DNA from: a virus
Taxonomy: Duplodnaviria > Heunggongvirae > Uroviricota > Caudoviricetes
IMG/VR virus record: IMGVR_UViG_2791355477_000007
Length of the DNA: 64,000 nucleotides
Reading direction: 5' to 3' (one strand)
This document shows positions 10,553-20,476 of this stretch, one piece after another (positions within the stretch are counted from its first letter, which is position 1; the number at the start of each line of letters is the position of its first letter). A program made the translations under genes and the position numbers. The notes beneath the pieces are model-generated. The model had not been told where the DNA came from and made no database searches. It saw nothing but the letters and a program-made list of their open reading frames with translations.

Positions 10553-11353
10553 ATGCCAAGAAAAACTCGAAAAACAGAAGAAAGCAAACCATTAACAATT
10601 GAAGAAATAAGAGAAATAGAGCTACATAAGCTTAGAACAGGTCGGGCATTCACTCCCACTCCTACTTATCAACATAAAATTGGAGATACCGTAAATGTTA
10701 GTCATTTAAGAAATGCAAAAGTAGAAGCTGTTTACGATGATGGTCGTTTTTATGAAATTTCTTATCAGAAAAGTTTTAGAGTTGGAGGAGAACATAAATA
10801 TACAGAGAGAATCGCTTGGTTTGAGTGGATGAAGGTAAGAGCTATTCCTGATGAATCTGCAACGAATTTTGTTAAAGAAGATAATGTTCGTTTGGATTTT
10901 TTTCAAGTAACTATCAATTCTCTTCTTCACAAGTTATACCATTTAGGTATTGATACATCACCTTTTTATCAAAGAGATTATGTATGGTCTCAAGAAGACA
11001 AAGAATCTTTAATTGATAGCATTTTTAATCACATTGAAATTGGTAAATTCGTTCTTGTTTTTAAAGGATATGAAGGCGATATGTATGAAGTGTTAGATGG
11101 AAAACAACGGCTATCTGCATTACAAGAGTTTTTTGAAGATAGATTCACTTACAGAGGAAAGTACTTTAGCCAATTAACACAACGGGACCAGAATCATTTT
11201 GGGAACTACTCTATTTCATTAGCCGAAAGTCAAAATGAACTAACAGAAAAACAGAAATTAGAATATTTCATTCAACTGAATACAACTGGTCGTGTGATGG
11301 ATAAACAACATTTGAAAAAAGTAGAAACTCTTTATGCTACATTCACTGAATAG
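10553..11353 (+). CDS. DUF262 (GmrS-like, ParB/Srx fold) domain protein with N-terminal extension
   Basis: FYQRDYVWS, LIDSIF, VLDGKQRL, FIQLN motifs. Confidence 0.85.
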   Translation: MPRKTRKTEESKPLTIEEIREIELHKLRTGRAFTPTPTYQHKIGDTVNVSHLRNAKVEAVYDDGRFYEISYQKSFRVGGEHKYTERIAWFEWMKVRAIPDESATNFVKEDNVRLDFFQVTINSLLHKLYHLGIDTSPFYQRDYVWSQEDKESLIDSIFNHIEIGKFVLVFKGYEGDMYEVLDGKQRLSALQEFFEDRFTYRGKYFSQLTQRDQNHFGNYSISLAESQNELTEKQKLEYFIQLNTTGRVMDKQHLKKVETLYATFTE

Positions 11354-11363
11354 GAGAAAAAAC

Positions 11364-11702
11364 ATGGAATACAATTTATTTACAATGGATGAACATATTC
11401 CAACTCAATACATCCCTCCCACAGGCGAATATATTTCTTTTGGAACAAAAGAACATTACGTCGAAAAGTGTAAAGAATGGGGATTATTTAACACAAAACC
11501 AAAGAAAGATTTCCTATACAAAAGAGATAACAAACAGTTTGTTGTAACAATTGCAGGTTATCAAGAATCTGGCAAAGAAAAAAATGTAAATACACTGGTT
11601 ATTCAATTCGATGATGGGAATTTGAGTTGTATTTTACCTGCGTTTTTGAAAGAAATGCAATCATCAAATTTCAATACGAAAAAAGAAATAATTTCAGAAT
11701 AA
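11364..11702 (+). CDS. hypothetical protein
   Basis: AGGAG RBS. Confidence 0.7.
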   Translation: MEYNLFTMDEHIPTQYIPPTGEYISFGTKEHYVEKCKEWGLFNTKPKKDFLYKRDNKQFVVTIAGYQESGKEKNVNTLVIQFDDGNLSCILPAFLKEMQSSNFNTKKEIISE

Positions 11703-11952
11703 AGACACTTTATATATAAAGGAAATATTGTTGAATGTCACTCATTAAAAATGTTATAATTTGTATGAAAGTGTTCATAAAAGCGTATTAAAAACTTCTG
11801 GGCTACGAAAATACAATCTACCACAAGTTCGTAAGAAAAGACTCTTTAGAAAAAGAGTCTTTTCTTACTGAATAACATTTACCATAAATTATTCAATGAG
11901 TCTTTCACCTTTTTAAGTGAAGGACTTTTTTATTTCTATGACCTAAATTAAA

Positions 11953-11966
11953 TTGACAATAGTCAA
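11953..11966. promoter_or_regulatory. palindrome-family site
   Basis: TTGACAATAGTCAA. Confidence 0.7.
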
Positions 11967-12115
11967 TGAAAAATAGTAATCTATTTATAAGGATATTAAT
12001 TTATCCAGAAATAACAAAAAACGTTTTCTATTTATATTGTTTTTATGTAAATAGTTTCTTTATGTTTTATTTGAATAAATTCAATTTAAGAAAAAATATT
12101 TAAGTATATAGGTTT

Positions 12116-12556
12116 ATGTTTCGGAGGGGTTTTGTATTTAATGGAAAGGCGTTGGTTCTGATGTTTCGATTTTTAAAATCTATTTTAGGTAAAAAGAAAG
12201 TGAATGTCACAAATTCAGGGACAGATATACCCTCTTCCCCTATTATCTTGACTCCTAAACAATGGGCAGAGGTATTAAATATTTCGTATGAGGATGATTC
12301 TATTTTATTTAAAAAAATTAATCACCGTGAAGATTCTCGAATTACAAAAAGCGAGTTCTTATCTATTAACTCTCTTTATCATCGGTCTTATTTAGCAGAA
12401 GAAATATCCGATTTATTGAGAGATAATGAATCTATTAAAAACGTGACATATGCGGGAACAAGAGTCTATATTGTTTCGAAAGACCCACTCTTAGGAACGT
12501 TTTATATGGATATTAAACGAGTACGTGAAAGTGTAGAGGATAGATATGACAAATAA
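12116..12556 (+). CDS. hypothetical protein
   Basis: ORF; true start possibly 12161. Confidence 0.6.
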   Translation: MFRRGFVFNGKALVLMFRFLKSILGKKKVNVTNSGTDIPSSPIILTPKQWAEVLNISYEDDSILFKKINHREDSRITKSEFLSINSLYHRSYLAEEISDLLRDNESIKNVTYAGTRVYIVSKDPLLGTFYMDIKRVRESVEDRYDK

Positions 12557-12707
12557 GGTTTACGTATCAATTGAAGAAATAAAATCATTAGAACGTAATC
12601 TACATATAATAAATAATATTAATATCCTTATTGCACAGAGAAGACTGGCGAAAATGAGATTTGACATGATTTTTGAAAAAGCTAAACGAAGAATAGAAAG
12701 TAGGTGA
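12546..12707 (+). CDS. small hypothetical protein (53 aa)
   Basis: GAGGA RBS; overlaps both neighbours. Confidence 0.5.
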   Translation: MTNKVYVSIEEIKSLERNLHIINNINILIAQRRLAKMRFDMIFEKAKRRIESR

Positions 12708-12937
12708 TGTATATGGATACATTCTTTTTCATTGCAAAAACTTATCTATTAATTGGATGTCTAACTCCATTAGTAGGTATTATCCTTAATTCCATTAGTC
12801 ATAGAGAAAAACCAGATTTTACATTTGGCGAAACAAAACTCGTGGATATTATACAAGTCTATTGCATTTCCATTTTTGCATGGCCTATCGCCATTGCTTG
12901 TGCCATTATTGCACATAGTCGTGGTAGATGGCTTTAA
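12704..12937 (+). CDS. small membrane protein (paralog 1 of 3)
   Basis: YLLIG...EKPDF..GE...AWP...RG.W. Confidence 0.7.
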   Translation: MMYMDTFFFIAKTYLLIGCLTPLVGIILNSISHREKPDFTFGETKLVDIIQVYCISIFAWPIAIACAIIAHSRGRWL

Positions 12938-12953
12938 AAAAATATGAAAGCAG

Positions 12954-13187
12954 GTGATTGGAATGGAATTATTTAAACTAATTTGCATCATATATATATC
13001 CTTAGGAATTATTTTTACATTTGGAATGATATTTACAAAGGCTATTAGAGATAAGGAAAAACCTGATTTTAAAATCGGAGAAGACACTTACCTGGATGCA
13101 ATAAAATGTTATGCACTCGCTATTTTCTTATGGTGGCTTTGTTTATTTGTATTCATCTGCATGTCTAAACGTGGTGGATGGGTTTAA
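12954..13187 (+). CDS. small membrane protein (paralog 2 of 3)
   Basis: EKPDFKIGE, DAIKCYALAIFLWWLC. Confidence 0.7.
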   Translation: MIGMELFKLICIIYISLGIIFTFGMIFTKAIRDKEKPDFKIGEDTYLDAIKCYALAIFLWWLCLFVFICMSKRGGWV

Positions 13188-13208
13188 TAGGAAAGGAGAT
13201 GGATATTT

Positions 13209-13448
13209 ATGTTGGTGTTTATCGGGAAATTATATTTACTGGCAGGGTTTTTATTTTTATTATCTATGATTTTTGCACGAACTATGAAAGAAAAATCAGG
13301 TATCAATCTTATGCTTGGAGCTTCTAACTTCAAAGATGCTGTAAAGAGTTATGCAGTTGCTATATTCCTATGGTGGCTTTGCATTCTTGCATTTTTCTTT
13401 GTATATAAAAATAAGGATTCTGAAAAAAAGGAGAATAAAAATGGTTGA
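13209..13448 (+). CDS. small membrane protein (paralog 3 of 3)
   Basis: DAVKSYAVAIFLWWLC; AAAGGAG RBS. Confidence 0.7.
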   Translation: MLVFIGKLYLLAGFLFLLSMIFARTMKEKSGINLMLGASNFKDAVKSYAVAIFLWWLCILAFFFVYKNKDSEKKENKNG

Positions 13449-13742
13449 TTTGATTCATTTACTCAGTAAATCAGAACATGCTTCCGTTTACAAAATGCAT
13501 TCAGAGATTTCGAATTGGGATGGTGTACACGTTATTGTAAGGAAAGATAATGGATATATACAACTGTCCATATAGAAGGCACAGTACTACCGAAAACGTC
13601 TAATATCAAGAGCAAGGAAAAATACAAAGGTGGCAATACCCTTTCCTTAATCGGTGCAGTTACCAACGCTCGATATGAATATCTTTACACGAAAAAAGAA
13701 TATGCCGTCATATACTCTTCTTCCAGCCAAATAACGGCATGA
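13441..13742 (+). pseudogene. probable frameshifted gene
   Basis: removing one TA from GGATATATACA (~13555) joins MVDLIH...NGY to TTVHIEGT...QITA*, which is followed by a terminator. Confidence 0.45.
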
Positions 13743-13855
13743 ATTTTTGTTAAAAAACCCTTTCTATATTCATAGAAAAGGTCTTTTTTATTAGAAAACG
13801 CATCTTTGAAACAATTATTAATATCAAAAATACCTTACTTGATTAAGTTTATTAA

Positions 13856-13885
13856 TTGACTATAGTAAATAATTATGTTTATAAT
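13856..13885 (+). promoter_or_regulatory. palindrome-family site / sigma-A promoter
   Basis: TTGACTATAGTAAA; TTGACT-N18-TATAAT. Confidence 0.65.
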
Positions 13886-13921
13886 TTTAATAGATTAGAT
13901 ATATCAGAGAGGATGAATAAC

Positions 13922-14077
13922 ATGACAGAACCAAAAAAATATGGGATTCTCATGCAAGACAAATCAGGAAAAGTTGTACAATTAGAAAAAGGTTTAACGT
14001 TCAAGGAAGCCTATTCTAAAGTATGGGATTTAAGGGCAAAGCGTGATGGAAACTATTATCGGTTAGGGAATCTATAA
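13922..14077 (+). CDS. small hypothetical protein
   Basis: GAGGA RBS; MTEPKKYGIL... Confidence 0.6.
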   Translation: MTEPKKYGILMQDKSGKVVQLEKGLTFKEAYSKVWDLRAKRDGNYYRLGNL

Positions 14078-14079
14078 AA

Positions 14080-14295
14080 ATGAAAGACAAAATAGATTTA
14101 CAAAAAATCAAGGGCTTCCCCTCTTCTATTAAACTTCTGTTTTTTATCTATTTCATTTTAGTTCTCTGCTCTTCTATGAGAATTTGTAGAGAAAATCTAT
14201 ATTTTGACATCTCCTATTTCTCAAGTGCCAGTATTTTAATATTTTTTTTATTTGTAGCAACCATAAAAGACCAGATTAAAGAGCCCAAATGGTAG
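14080..14295 (+). CDS. small membrane protein
   Basis: two hydrophobic segments. Confidence 0.55.
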   Translation: MKDKIDLQKIKGFPSSIKLLFFIYFILVLCSSMRICRENLYFDISYFSSASILIFFLFVATIKDQIKEPKW

Positions 14296-14419
14296 TACCA
14301 AGGGTTCTTTTTTATTTAATTTGAAAGAACATTTCCTTTGATTTATAAATATGTGATAGAGAAATGCATGAGGAATATTCACTTATCTTTATCAATAACA
14401 TATAAAAACTAAAATTGAG

Positions 14420-15472
14420 GTGATGATAATGGATAAAGAAATGCTTGAATTAATTAAAGAATTCAATATGAAATATAGCCAGTTAGAAGAGTCGTCTTTT
14501 TTCTCTGTTCATGAAATAGCAAAAGAAACGATATTAAAAGGGATTGATATATCATTAGATTCCTTTTCTGAGGAATCCTATAAGCAAATTTTACAACGGT
14601 ACATACAAGCAAGTAATTATTTTCAACAAGAAGATGATAACAAAGCAAGATGCATCAGAGAAAACCTTCATGCTATATACTCCTACTACAGAGGACTAAA
14701 CCCTGTCATGAAAACAGTGAATGGAAAAAGATTATATGGAAATAAGTTTAAAATATTTACAATTCATCAAACTGAACCTAAAATGAAAAAGGTCTTTGTT
14801 ACAAAAATGACTGGAGAAAAATTAGAACATATTTTGATGTTTATTGAAGCAGTTGTTGGAAAGGAACTTGATTTATCTCAACTCGCTTTTTACGCAGGTT
14901 TATTCTTTGATATATACGAGTTGCAAAACGATGAATTGCGTGTTTTTGGTGAAGAAAATTTAATTGATTTTGATTTTGATAATTTAGGGACTGGTTATGG
15001 CTCACATATAAAATCAATTCGAAATCGTCATGCAAATCACAAGCCACTTCTATTGCAATCAAATTTATTATGGAAGGAAATGTACTTAGGAGATAGGCTA
15101 CCTCGACTCATTCATTTTTATGAAGATAACTTTGATTTAATTACAGAAGCAGAATATCAAGACAATGGTCATTCCGTTCATGAACAGTTATATCAATGTT
15201 TAGATGCATACTTACATAACAGTCAGTTATTACTGACTCTATCAATATTTGTAAAGCATATCCAAACAGATAACGGTAGCTATATCGGCAGTGATTGTGC
15301 CGTAAGTATCATGACAGCACCATATACATTTGAATTACGTTTAGAAAGACCATCTGAAACACCATTCGAACTGTTTTTCAATAGAGATAAAAATGAAGAA
15401 TTTACAATTGAAGATATATTGAGACCCTATTACGCAGAAGATTTAGTTGCAAAACAAAAACAAGGAGCCTAA
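14420..15472 (+). CDS. hypothetical protein
   Basis: 350 aa ORF, GAGGTG RBS, downstream terminator. Confidence 0.8.
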   Translation: MMIMDKEMLELIKEFNMKYSQLEESSFFSVHEIAKETILKGIDISLDSFSEESYKQILQRYIQASNYFQQEDDNKARCIRENLHAIYSYYRGLNPVMKTVNGKRLYGNKFKIFTIHQTEPKMKKVFVTKMTGEKLEHILMFIEAVVGKELDLSQLAFYAGLFFDIYELQNDELRVFGEENLIDFDFDNLGTGYGSHIKSIRNRHANHKPLLLQSNLLWKEMYLGDRLPRLIHFYEDNFDLITEAEYQDNGHSVHEQLYQCLDAYLHNSQLLLTLSIFVKHIQTDNGSYIGSDCAVSIMTAPYTFELRLERPSETPFELFFNRDKNEEFTIEDILRPYYAEDLVAKQKQGA

Positions 15473-15807
15473 TTAGCCCCTTGTTTTTGTACAACTATTA
15501 TTTGTACGATTGTGGTTGTTGTAAGCTTGCAACAAATTTATAAATTTTATTATAAATATATAAAAATTAATCATTGTTATAAATTGTTTTTATGATTATA
15601 ATGGATAAATAGTCTAATTCTACGCATAAGTATATCAAGCGCACCGATATCACTTTAAATTGCCAGAGTATTAGGTTAATAATCACATTACAAGAAGTAT
15701 AACATATTCTCCTTGAAAATCACTTTCCTATAATTGAGGAAGTGATTTTTTTGTTTAAGGATACTGGTTACTGTACTAAGTTTATTTACAAACAACTTCT
15801 ATTCAAC

Positions 15808-16344
15808 TCAATTTTCTGCTTTTTCATTTTTAACTTCATAACCGAAGTACATCGCTTTTATAAAATTATCTGTCCCTAATTCAGTAAGAACTTTAAGTCC
15901 ATCACCTTGCTCCTCCCATTCAAAACGCATATCAAAATATTCATTTACTGCACAAACTATATCAGTTCTGCACATATTTAATAGTTCAGATAATGCATCA
16001 GCAATTTCTTTCGTAACTTTTATTTTGTCATTCTTCATGAGTAGGTCAGCGTTACTTTCGTTTTCTATCTTATTAATAACTTTTACAGTATTAATATCAA
16101 CTGGATACCATTTTTCAAACCCTAAATCATTCGTTTCAAACTTGTCCTTTCCTATCTTTCTTAGGTATTCTCTATCACTCTTTGAAACAGGATATGAAGT
16201 ATTTCCTTGTGTATACATACCATTATTTTCAGTAGGAATAATAATAGCTTGATGCTCTTTCTCGCAATCGGTTGTGTATACTAAATTACCTCGCACCCAT
16301 TTCCCTTCTTTTGTAAGTCCTTTATATAATAGTGGTTTAATCAT
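15808..16344 (-). CDS. YopX-like phage protein
   Basis: N-terminal LYKG...GKWVRGNLV and VDINTV motifs. Confidence 0.55.
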   Translation of the reverse strand: MIKPLLYKGLTKEGKWVRGNLVYTTDCEKEHQAIIIPTENNGMYTQGNTSYPVSKSDREYLRKIGKDKFETNDLGFEKWYPVDINTVKVINKIENESNADLLMKNDKIKVTKEIADALSELLNMCRTDIVCAVNEYFDMRFEWEEQGDGLKVLTELGTDNFIKAMYFGYEVKNEKAEN

Positions 16345-16859
16345 ATTATTTCTCTTCCTTCTGGATAAAAATTATAATCCTTATATCTTTTCAACTCCCT
16401 TTTAACTTCCTCGCTCTTCTCTTCTCCACTTTTCTTTTTACCAAAATGAAAGATTCGCTCCTCCGACTTATTCTCAATTTCAGACTTTATCATGTGACAC
16501 CATAATTCTTTAGAACAATAAATTCGTTTAAATTCATGGTCTACAAAGGGTTTATTTGTTTTTTCATCCCAGAAACAATTAATTTTCCCGATTTCAAAAT
16601 ACTCATATCGCTTAAAGCGGTTATAAATGGTTGGAACAACTGGCCCATTTACCCATGCGTGAATATCATCTGTAAACATCGGCTCTCCATGAATCCCTAA
16701 ATTCCATCCTTGTGCATAGTACAGCAATTTTTGCAATTTTAGATGTGTGATAGACTCGTTCGTATTTGGTTTACTTTTATTAATTAATTCTTGTGCAATA
16801 TGCATGGCTGTTATCTCAGTCTTGTTTTCACCTTTTAGATATATAAGTTCTTTCAGCAT
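16341..16859 (-). CDS. Panacea (DUF4065/SocA/GepA) domain protein, C-terminal half atypical
   Basis: ITHLKLQKLLYYAQG and AWVNGPVVP motifs. Confidence 0.7.
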   Translation of the reverse strand: MLKELIYLKGENKTEITAMHIAQELINKSKPNTNESITHLKLQKLLYYAQGWNLGIHGEPMFTDDIHAWVNGPVVPTIYNRFKRYEYFEIGKINCFWDEKTNKPFVDHEFKRIYCSKELWCHMIKSEIENKSEERIFHFGKKKSGEEKSEEVKRELKRYKDYNFYPEGREII

Positions 16860-16901
16860 CCTCGCCTCGTAAAATATTATTTACTTAAGTATAACATATC
16901 A

Positions 16902-16930
16902 TTGACTATAGTTAAATATAATATTATAAT
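16902..16930 (+). promoter_or_regulatory. palindrome-family site / sigma-A promoter
   Basis: TTGACTATAGTTAA; TTGACT-N17-TATAAT. Confidence 0.75.
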
Positions 16931-16966
16931 GTTACTTACAATAAATAGATTGTGAGGATATGAAAA

Positions 16967-17218
16967 ATGAGATTAATTTCACTATTCAAAGATAATGAAA
17001 AAGCTTATATTAACCTCCCATTTAAGAGAGAGTTTTTCTTAAAAAGCCCTTTAGTTGAATGGATTTTAATTTTTTTATTTATTTTTACTGTTTTAATTGC
17101 AGTTTGCGGTTCGCATTTTCATATTAATAGTCCATACTACCAATGCTTTTCATTCTCTTTAAATATCATCTGTTTTTTCTTTCTCAATATTTATATTGGT
17201 GTTAAATGGAATAAGTAG
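16967..17218 (+). CDS. small membrane protein
   Basis: two hydrophobic segments, GAGGA RBS. Confidence 0.6.
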   Translation: MRLISLFKDNEKAYINLPFKREFFLKSPLVEWILIFLFIFTVLIAVCGSHFHINSPYYQCFSFSLNIICFFFLNIYIGVKWNK

Positions 17219-17244
17219 AGTAATTAAAAACAGGAGGGTATAGA

Positions 17245-17640
17245 ATGACTCAAAAAATAACCGTAACTTTAGAGAATAAAAGCAAACATATATATGATTA
17301 TCACTACCTTGTAACAGTGATTCATTACTTAGAAAGTGAGAATATTGAACTCGTATTTCAAAGCGAAAATGATTCTGAAGTAGACGGTCATTCTGAACGT
17401 GAAGTTTGCATTCAATCAGATTTATTACAACGCATGTTATTTCTTGCAAAAACTACAAATAACAAAGTAAGTGTTACTGTAAAATCTGATTCATTTAACA
17501 CACCCTATCCTACAGAACCATTACATATTTCTTATAATAAAGAAGAAGATTTTTTCGAATTAGGCATGGGGAATTCATCTGAAGAACTTGTTTTTGAAGC
17601 AGATATTTTATTAGGAGTAGTGAATTCTTTGCTTTTCTAA
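17245..17640 (+). CDS. hypothetical protein
   Basis: AGGAGG RBS. Confidence 0.7.
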   Translation: MTQKITVTLENKSKHIYDYHYLVTVIHYLESENIELVFQSENDSEVDGHSEREVCIQSDLLQRMLFLAKTTNNKVSVTVKSDSFNTPYPTEPLHISYNKEEDFFELGMGNSSEELVFEADILLGVVNSLLF

Positions 17641-17675
17641 ATAGATATTGTATGGATACGAGAAAGGAAGGAAGT

Positions 17676-18356
17676 ATGATTAAAAGAGTATTTTATAAAG
17701 GTAATGAACGTTTTTTTACAAGTGAAGGAAAAGAAATCTTATTATTCGATATGGATGATACGATTGCTAATTTCGTAGATGAATGGTTGTCTGTATATAA
17801 CAATCATTATCAAGATAATTTAAAAAAAGAACAATTGTTAAGTTGGGATGTTCAGCATTACACGAAAGATTATTGCGGGGCACAAATATATGACTTATTA
17901 AAACATCCAGGATTATACTTACACTATCCTAAGCCATTCCCTGGAGCCGTTGACGTATTGCAAGAGCTATCTGATACCTATGAAATCGTATTAGTCTCAG
18001 CAAGCCCAAGAGGACACGCTAATGGTGAGGCACACTGCCACAAGTATTGCAAAACTTCTAACCCTGCTGACGATAAAAGAAAATGGGTGGAGAAAAACTT
18101 GCCCTTTGTTCAGCAAAAGAACATTGTTTTTACTTCTTCAAAATATTTAGTAACAGGTTCATTACTATTTGATGATGCTCCTCATAATTTAGAAGAGTTT
18201 CATTCATTAGGGCGTGTTACTGTATGTATGAATCAACCATGGAACCAAGAGGTATCAGCGGATATTACGAGAGTGAACAATTGGCAGGAGTTTAAAGAAA
18301 AACTACCTGTATTGCTCCCTCCTATCCCTGAACTGATTAAAAGAATAACTCAATAA
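17676..18356 (+). CDS. 5'(3')-deoxyribonucleotidase (NT5C, HAD family)
   Basis: FDMDDTIANF, KPFPGA, KRKWV, LFDDAPHNL, PWN motifs. Confidence 0.85.
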   Translation: MIKRVFYKGNERFFTSEGKEILLFDMDDTIANFVDEWLSVYNNHYQDNLKKEQLLSWDVQHYTKDYCGAQIYDLLKHPGLYLHYPKPFPGAVDVLQELSDTYEIVLVSASPRGHANGEAHCHKYCKTSNPADDKRKWVEKNLPFVQQKNIVFTSSKYLVTGSLLFDDAPHNLEEFHSLGRVTVCMNQPWNQEVSADITRVNNWQEFKEKLPVLLPPIPELIKRITQ

Positions 18357-18430
18357 CTAAAAAGAAGGCATTCCAGTTCATCCAAATGCCTTTTTGTAAA
18401 TTTATTAAAAACAATAAGGAAGTGAATAGA

Positions 18431-18790
18431 ATGGGTACATTAGATGCACCTCTTATGATACTTAATAAACATTTGGAGTGTATAAAAGAAGATATCGAGA
18501 ATTACAAGAAACAAGCACGGGAAAATCCTACAAGTACGGAAATTATTCAAAATTTATTAATTCCTAAAAACGAATTAAATAGCAAAAAAGTTGAATTCGC
18601 CATCCGTATTTTAGAAACTTTTGAACCTAAAGAAGATAATTCTGATAAATATCCGTTTTTTAAAGGGGATTCAGTTCTTAACAAAAGAAGTGGCAAAACA
18701 CATGTCATTGAAAGTTATGTAGGCAACGGGCAATTCAAAAGCAAGAATGGTTCTACTTTACATATGAAAAACTTAGAGAAAATCTCATAA
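18431..18790 (+). CDS. hypothetical protein
   Basis: AAGGAAGTG RBS. Confidence 0.65.
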   Translation: MGTLDAPLMILNKHLECIKEDIENYKKQARENPTSTEIIQNLLIPKNELNSKKVEFAIRILETFEPKEDNSDKYPFFKGDSVLNKRSGKTHVIESYVGNGQFKSKNGSTLHMKNLEKIS

Positions 18791-18904
18791 ATCTAATACA
18801 TCTATACAATAAATTAGTTGACGAAAAAGTTTCTTCTCGATATGCTGAAAAAAGAAAGTGTATACATTGTTCAGCTTGTATACATTGAAAGGATGTTTTA
18901 GCAT

Positions 18905-19201
18905 ATGAACAAGAGAATTAAGAAAAAACAAATAAAACAAAATGTATGTATGGTTTGTGGTTCTACATTAGTAGAGAAATCTTCTAATTATAGTAGTGTG
19001 TTAATCTCAGTTAAAGAAGAATGTCCAAATTGCCATAATTACATAGTTGAAACAACGTTAACAGGAATTAACAAAACAATTTCAGGTTCTCAATTTAACT
19101 ATAATTTTGATATGAATAACTCCGAAAAACAGGTTCTTGAAAGAAAAGAAAGAAAATTACTACGTTTCTTAAAGAAAAACGGAAAAATCAAGGTTAACTA
19201 A
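18905..19201 (+). CDS. zinc-ribbon hypothetical protein
   Basis: MNKRIKKK, CMVCG...CPNC. Confidence 0.65.
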   Translation: MNKRIKKKQIKQNVCMVCGSTLVEKSSNYSSVLISVKEECPNCHNYIVETTLTGINKTISGSQFNYNFDMNNSEKQVLERKERKLLRFLKKNGKIKVN

Positions 19202-19416
19202 CATTTGTTTTTCTCTTTGCAGTAAGATATAATATTGATTAATTGGTAAACATCCGATATGGAGATAGGAGTATAAACTTATATACTTCTTACAAAAACA
19301 CCGTACTGTAATACGGTGTTTTTTATTTTATATAATCTCAAAAAACAATAATAATTGTCTATTTAAGTAATATATTTTTTACTTATTTTATATATTTTAT
19401 TTACAATAGTTTAATT

Positions 19417-19713
19417 GTGTTTTACAATAGCTATATACGAGTAACACTGATAAAGGACGTGACTTCTATAAATGATAGAATTCAATTAATAAAGTTATAC
19501 TTTTGCAGTAAAAATGCATATCTTACTTTATTACAGACAACATTGGCTGTACTATTCAGCTCCCTTTTTCTTTTGTTAATGAATGATAAAGAACTTGAAT
19601 CTTTTTTGTTTCATAAAAGATTTTTATATTATGCACTGGCAATGAATGTTTTTGTCTGTTTTATTACTATGCCCTTATTAATATTCTTTGTACCAAATAA
19701 AAAATCCCACTAA
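19417..19713 (+). CDS. putative small membrane protein
   Basis: two hydrophobic segments; start uncertain. Confidence 0.45.
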   Translation: MFYNSYIRVTLIKDVTSINDRIQLIKLYFCSKNAYLTLLQTTLAVLFSSLFLLLMNDKELESFLFHKRFLYYALAMNVFVCFITMPLLIFFVPNKKSH

Positions 19714-19734
19714 AGAAAGGATTGTCTTTTACAC

Positions 19735-20313
19735 ATGGCTCGTTTATCAAAAACAAAAGCAAATAAACTCGGTGGATTCCTTTGTAAAATCCTTCGTCAT
19801 TCCCCTTCTCAATTCCATGTTTCTTTAGATGAATATGGTTATGCACCAATTGATGAACTATTAAATGCCATTTCTTCGAATGAAAAATGGGTTAATCTTG
19901 TGACTGTTGAGATGATTTTAGAGGTTGTTAAAACAGACGAAAAACAACGTTACAAACTCGACTCTACAGGAACAAAAATAAAAGCTCGATACGGTCATAG
20001 TATTGCGGTGAAAAGTGATGAAGAGCAAAATCGAGTGTTACCAGATATTCTTTATCATGGTACTGGTATGGAACATTTGGACTCTATTCAAAAATTGGGG
20101 TTACTGCCAATGAAACGAGTAAATGTTCATTTATCAGAAACAACCTTTTTTGCAAATAAATCTGCGAAACGTAATCAGTTTCCCGTTTTATTAAAAGTAG
20201 ATACCATTATGGCCAAGAATCTTGGCGTAACTGTTGAATATGCAGGTGACGAGGTGTGGTTGAGCTCCCCTATTCCATCTGATTGCTTAACAGATGTAAA
20301 TAAAGAGATGTAA
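19735..20313 (+). CDS. kptA: RNA 2'-phosphotransferase (Tpt1/KptA)
   Basis: ILRH, KQRY, IKARYGHS, LYHGT, PMKRVNVHLS motifs. Confidence 0.9.
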   Translation: MARLSKTKANKLGGFLCKILRHSPSQFHVSLDEYGYAPIDELLNAISSNEKWVNLVTVEMILEVVKTDEKQRYKLDSTGTKIKARYGHSIAVKSDEEQNRVLPDILYHGTGMEHLDSIQKLGLLPMKRVNVHLSETTFFANKSAKRNQFPVLLKVDTIMAKNLGVTVEYAGDEVWLSSPIPSDCLTDVNKEM

Positions 20314-20476
20314 ATAAAGGAAGTAGTTATTAATGAGAACCATTACATGTAAATGCGGAGAGAAGAAAACCATTGACAGCGGTATCGCATCTGTTGGAGA
20401 TATCTTCTTACCGAAGTGAGCTTCATTCCTCCCACTTCTTTAGTGGTGGGAGGAATGAAGTTCTTTTTCCTTTATA

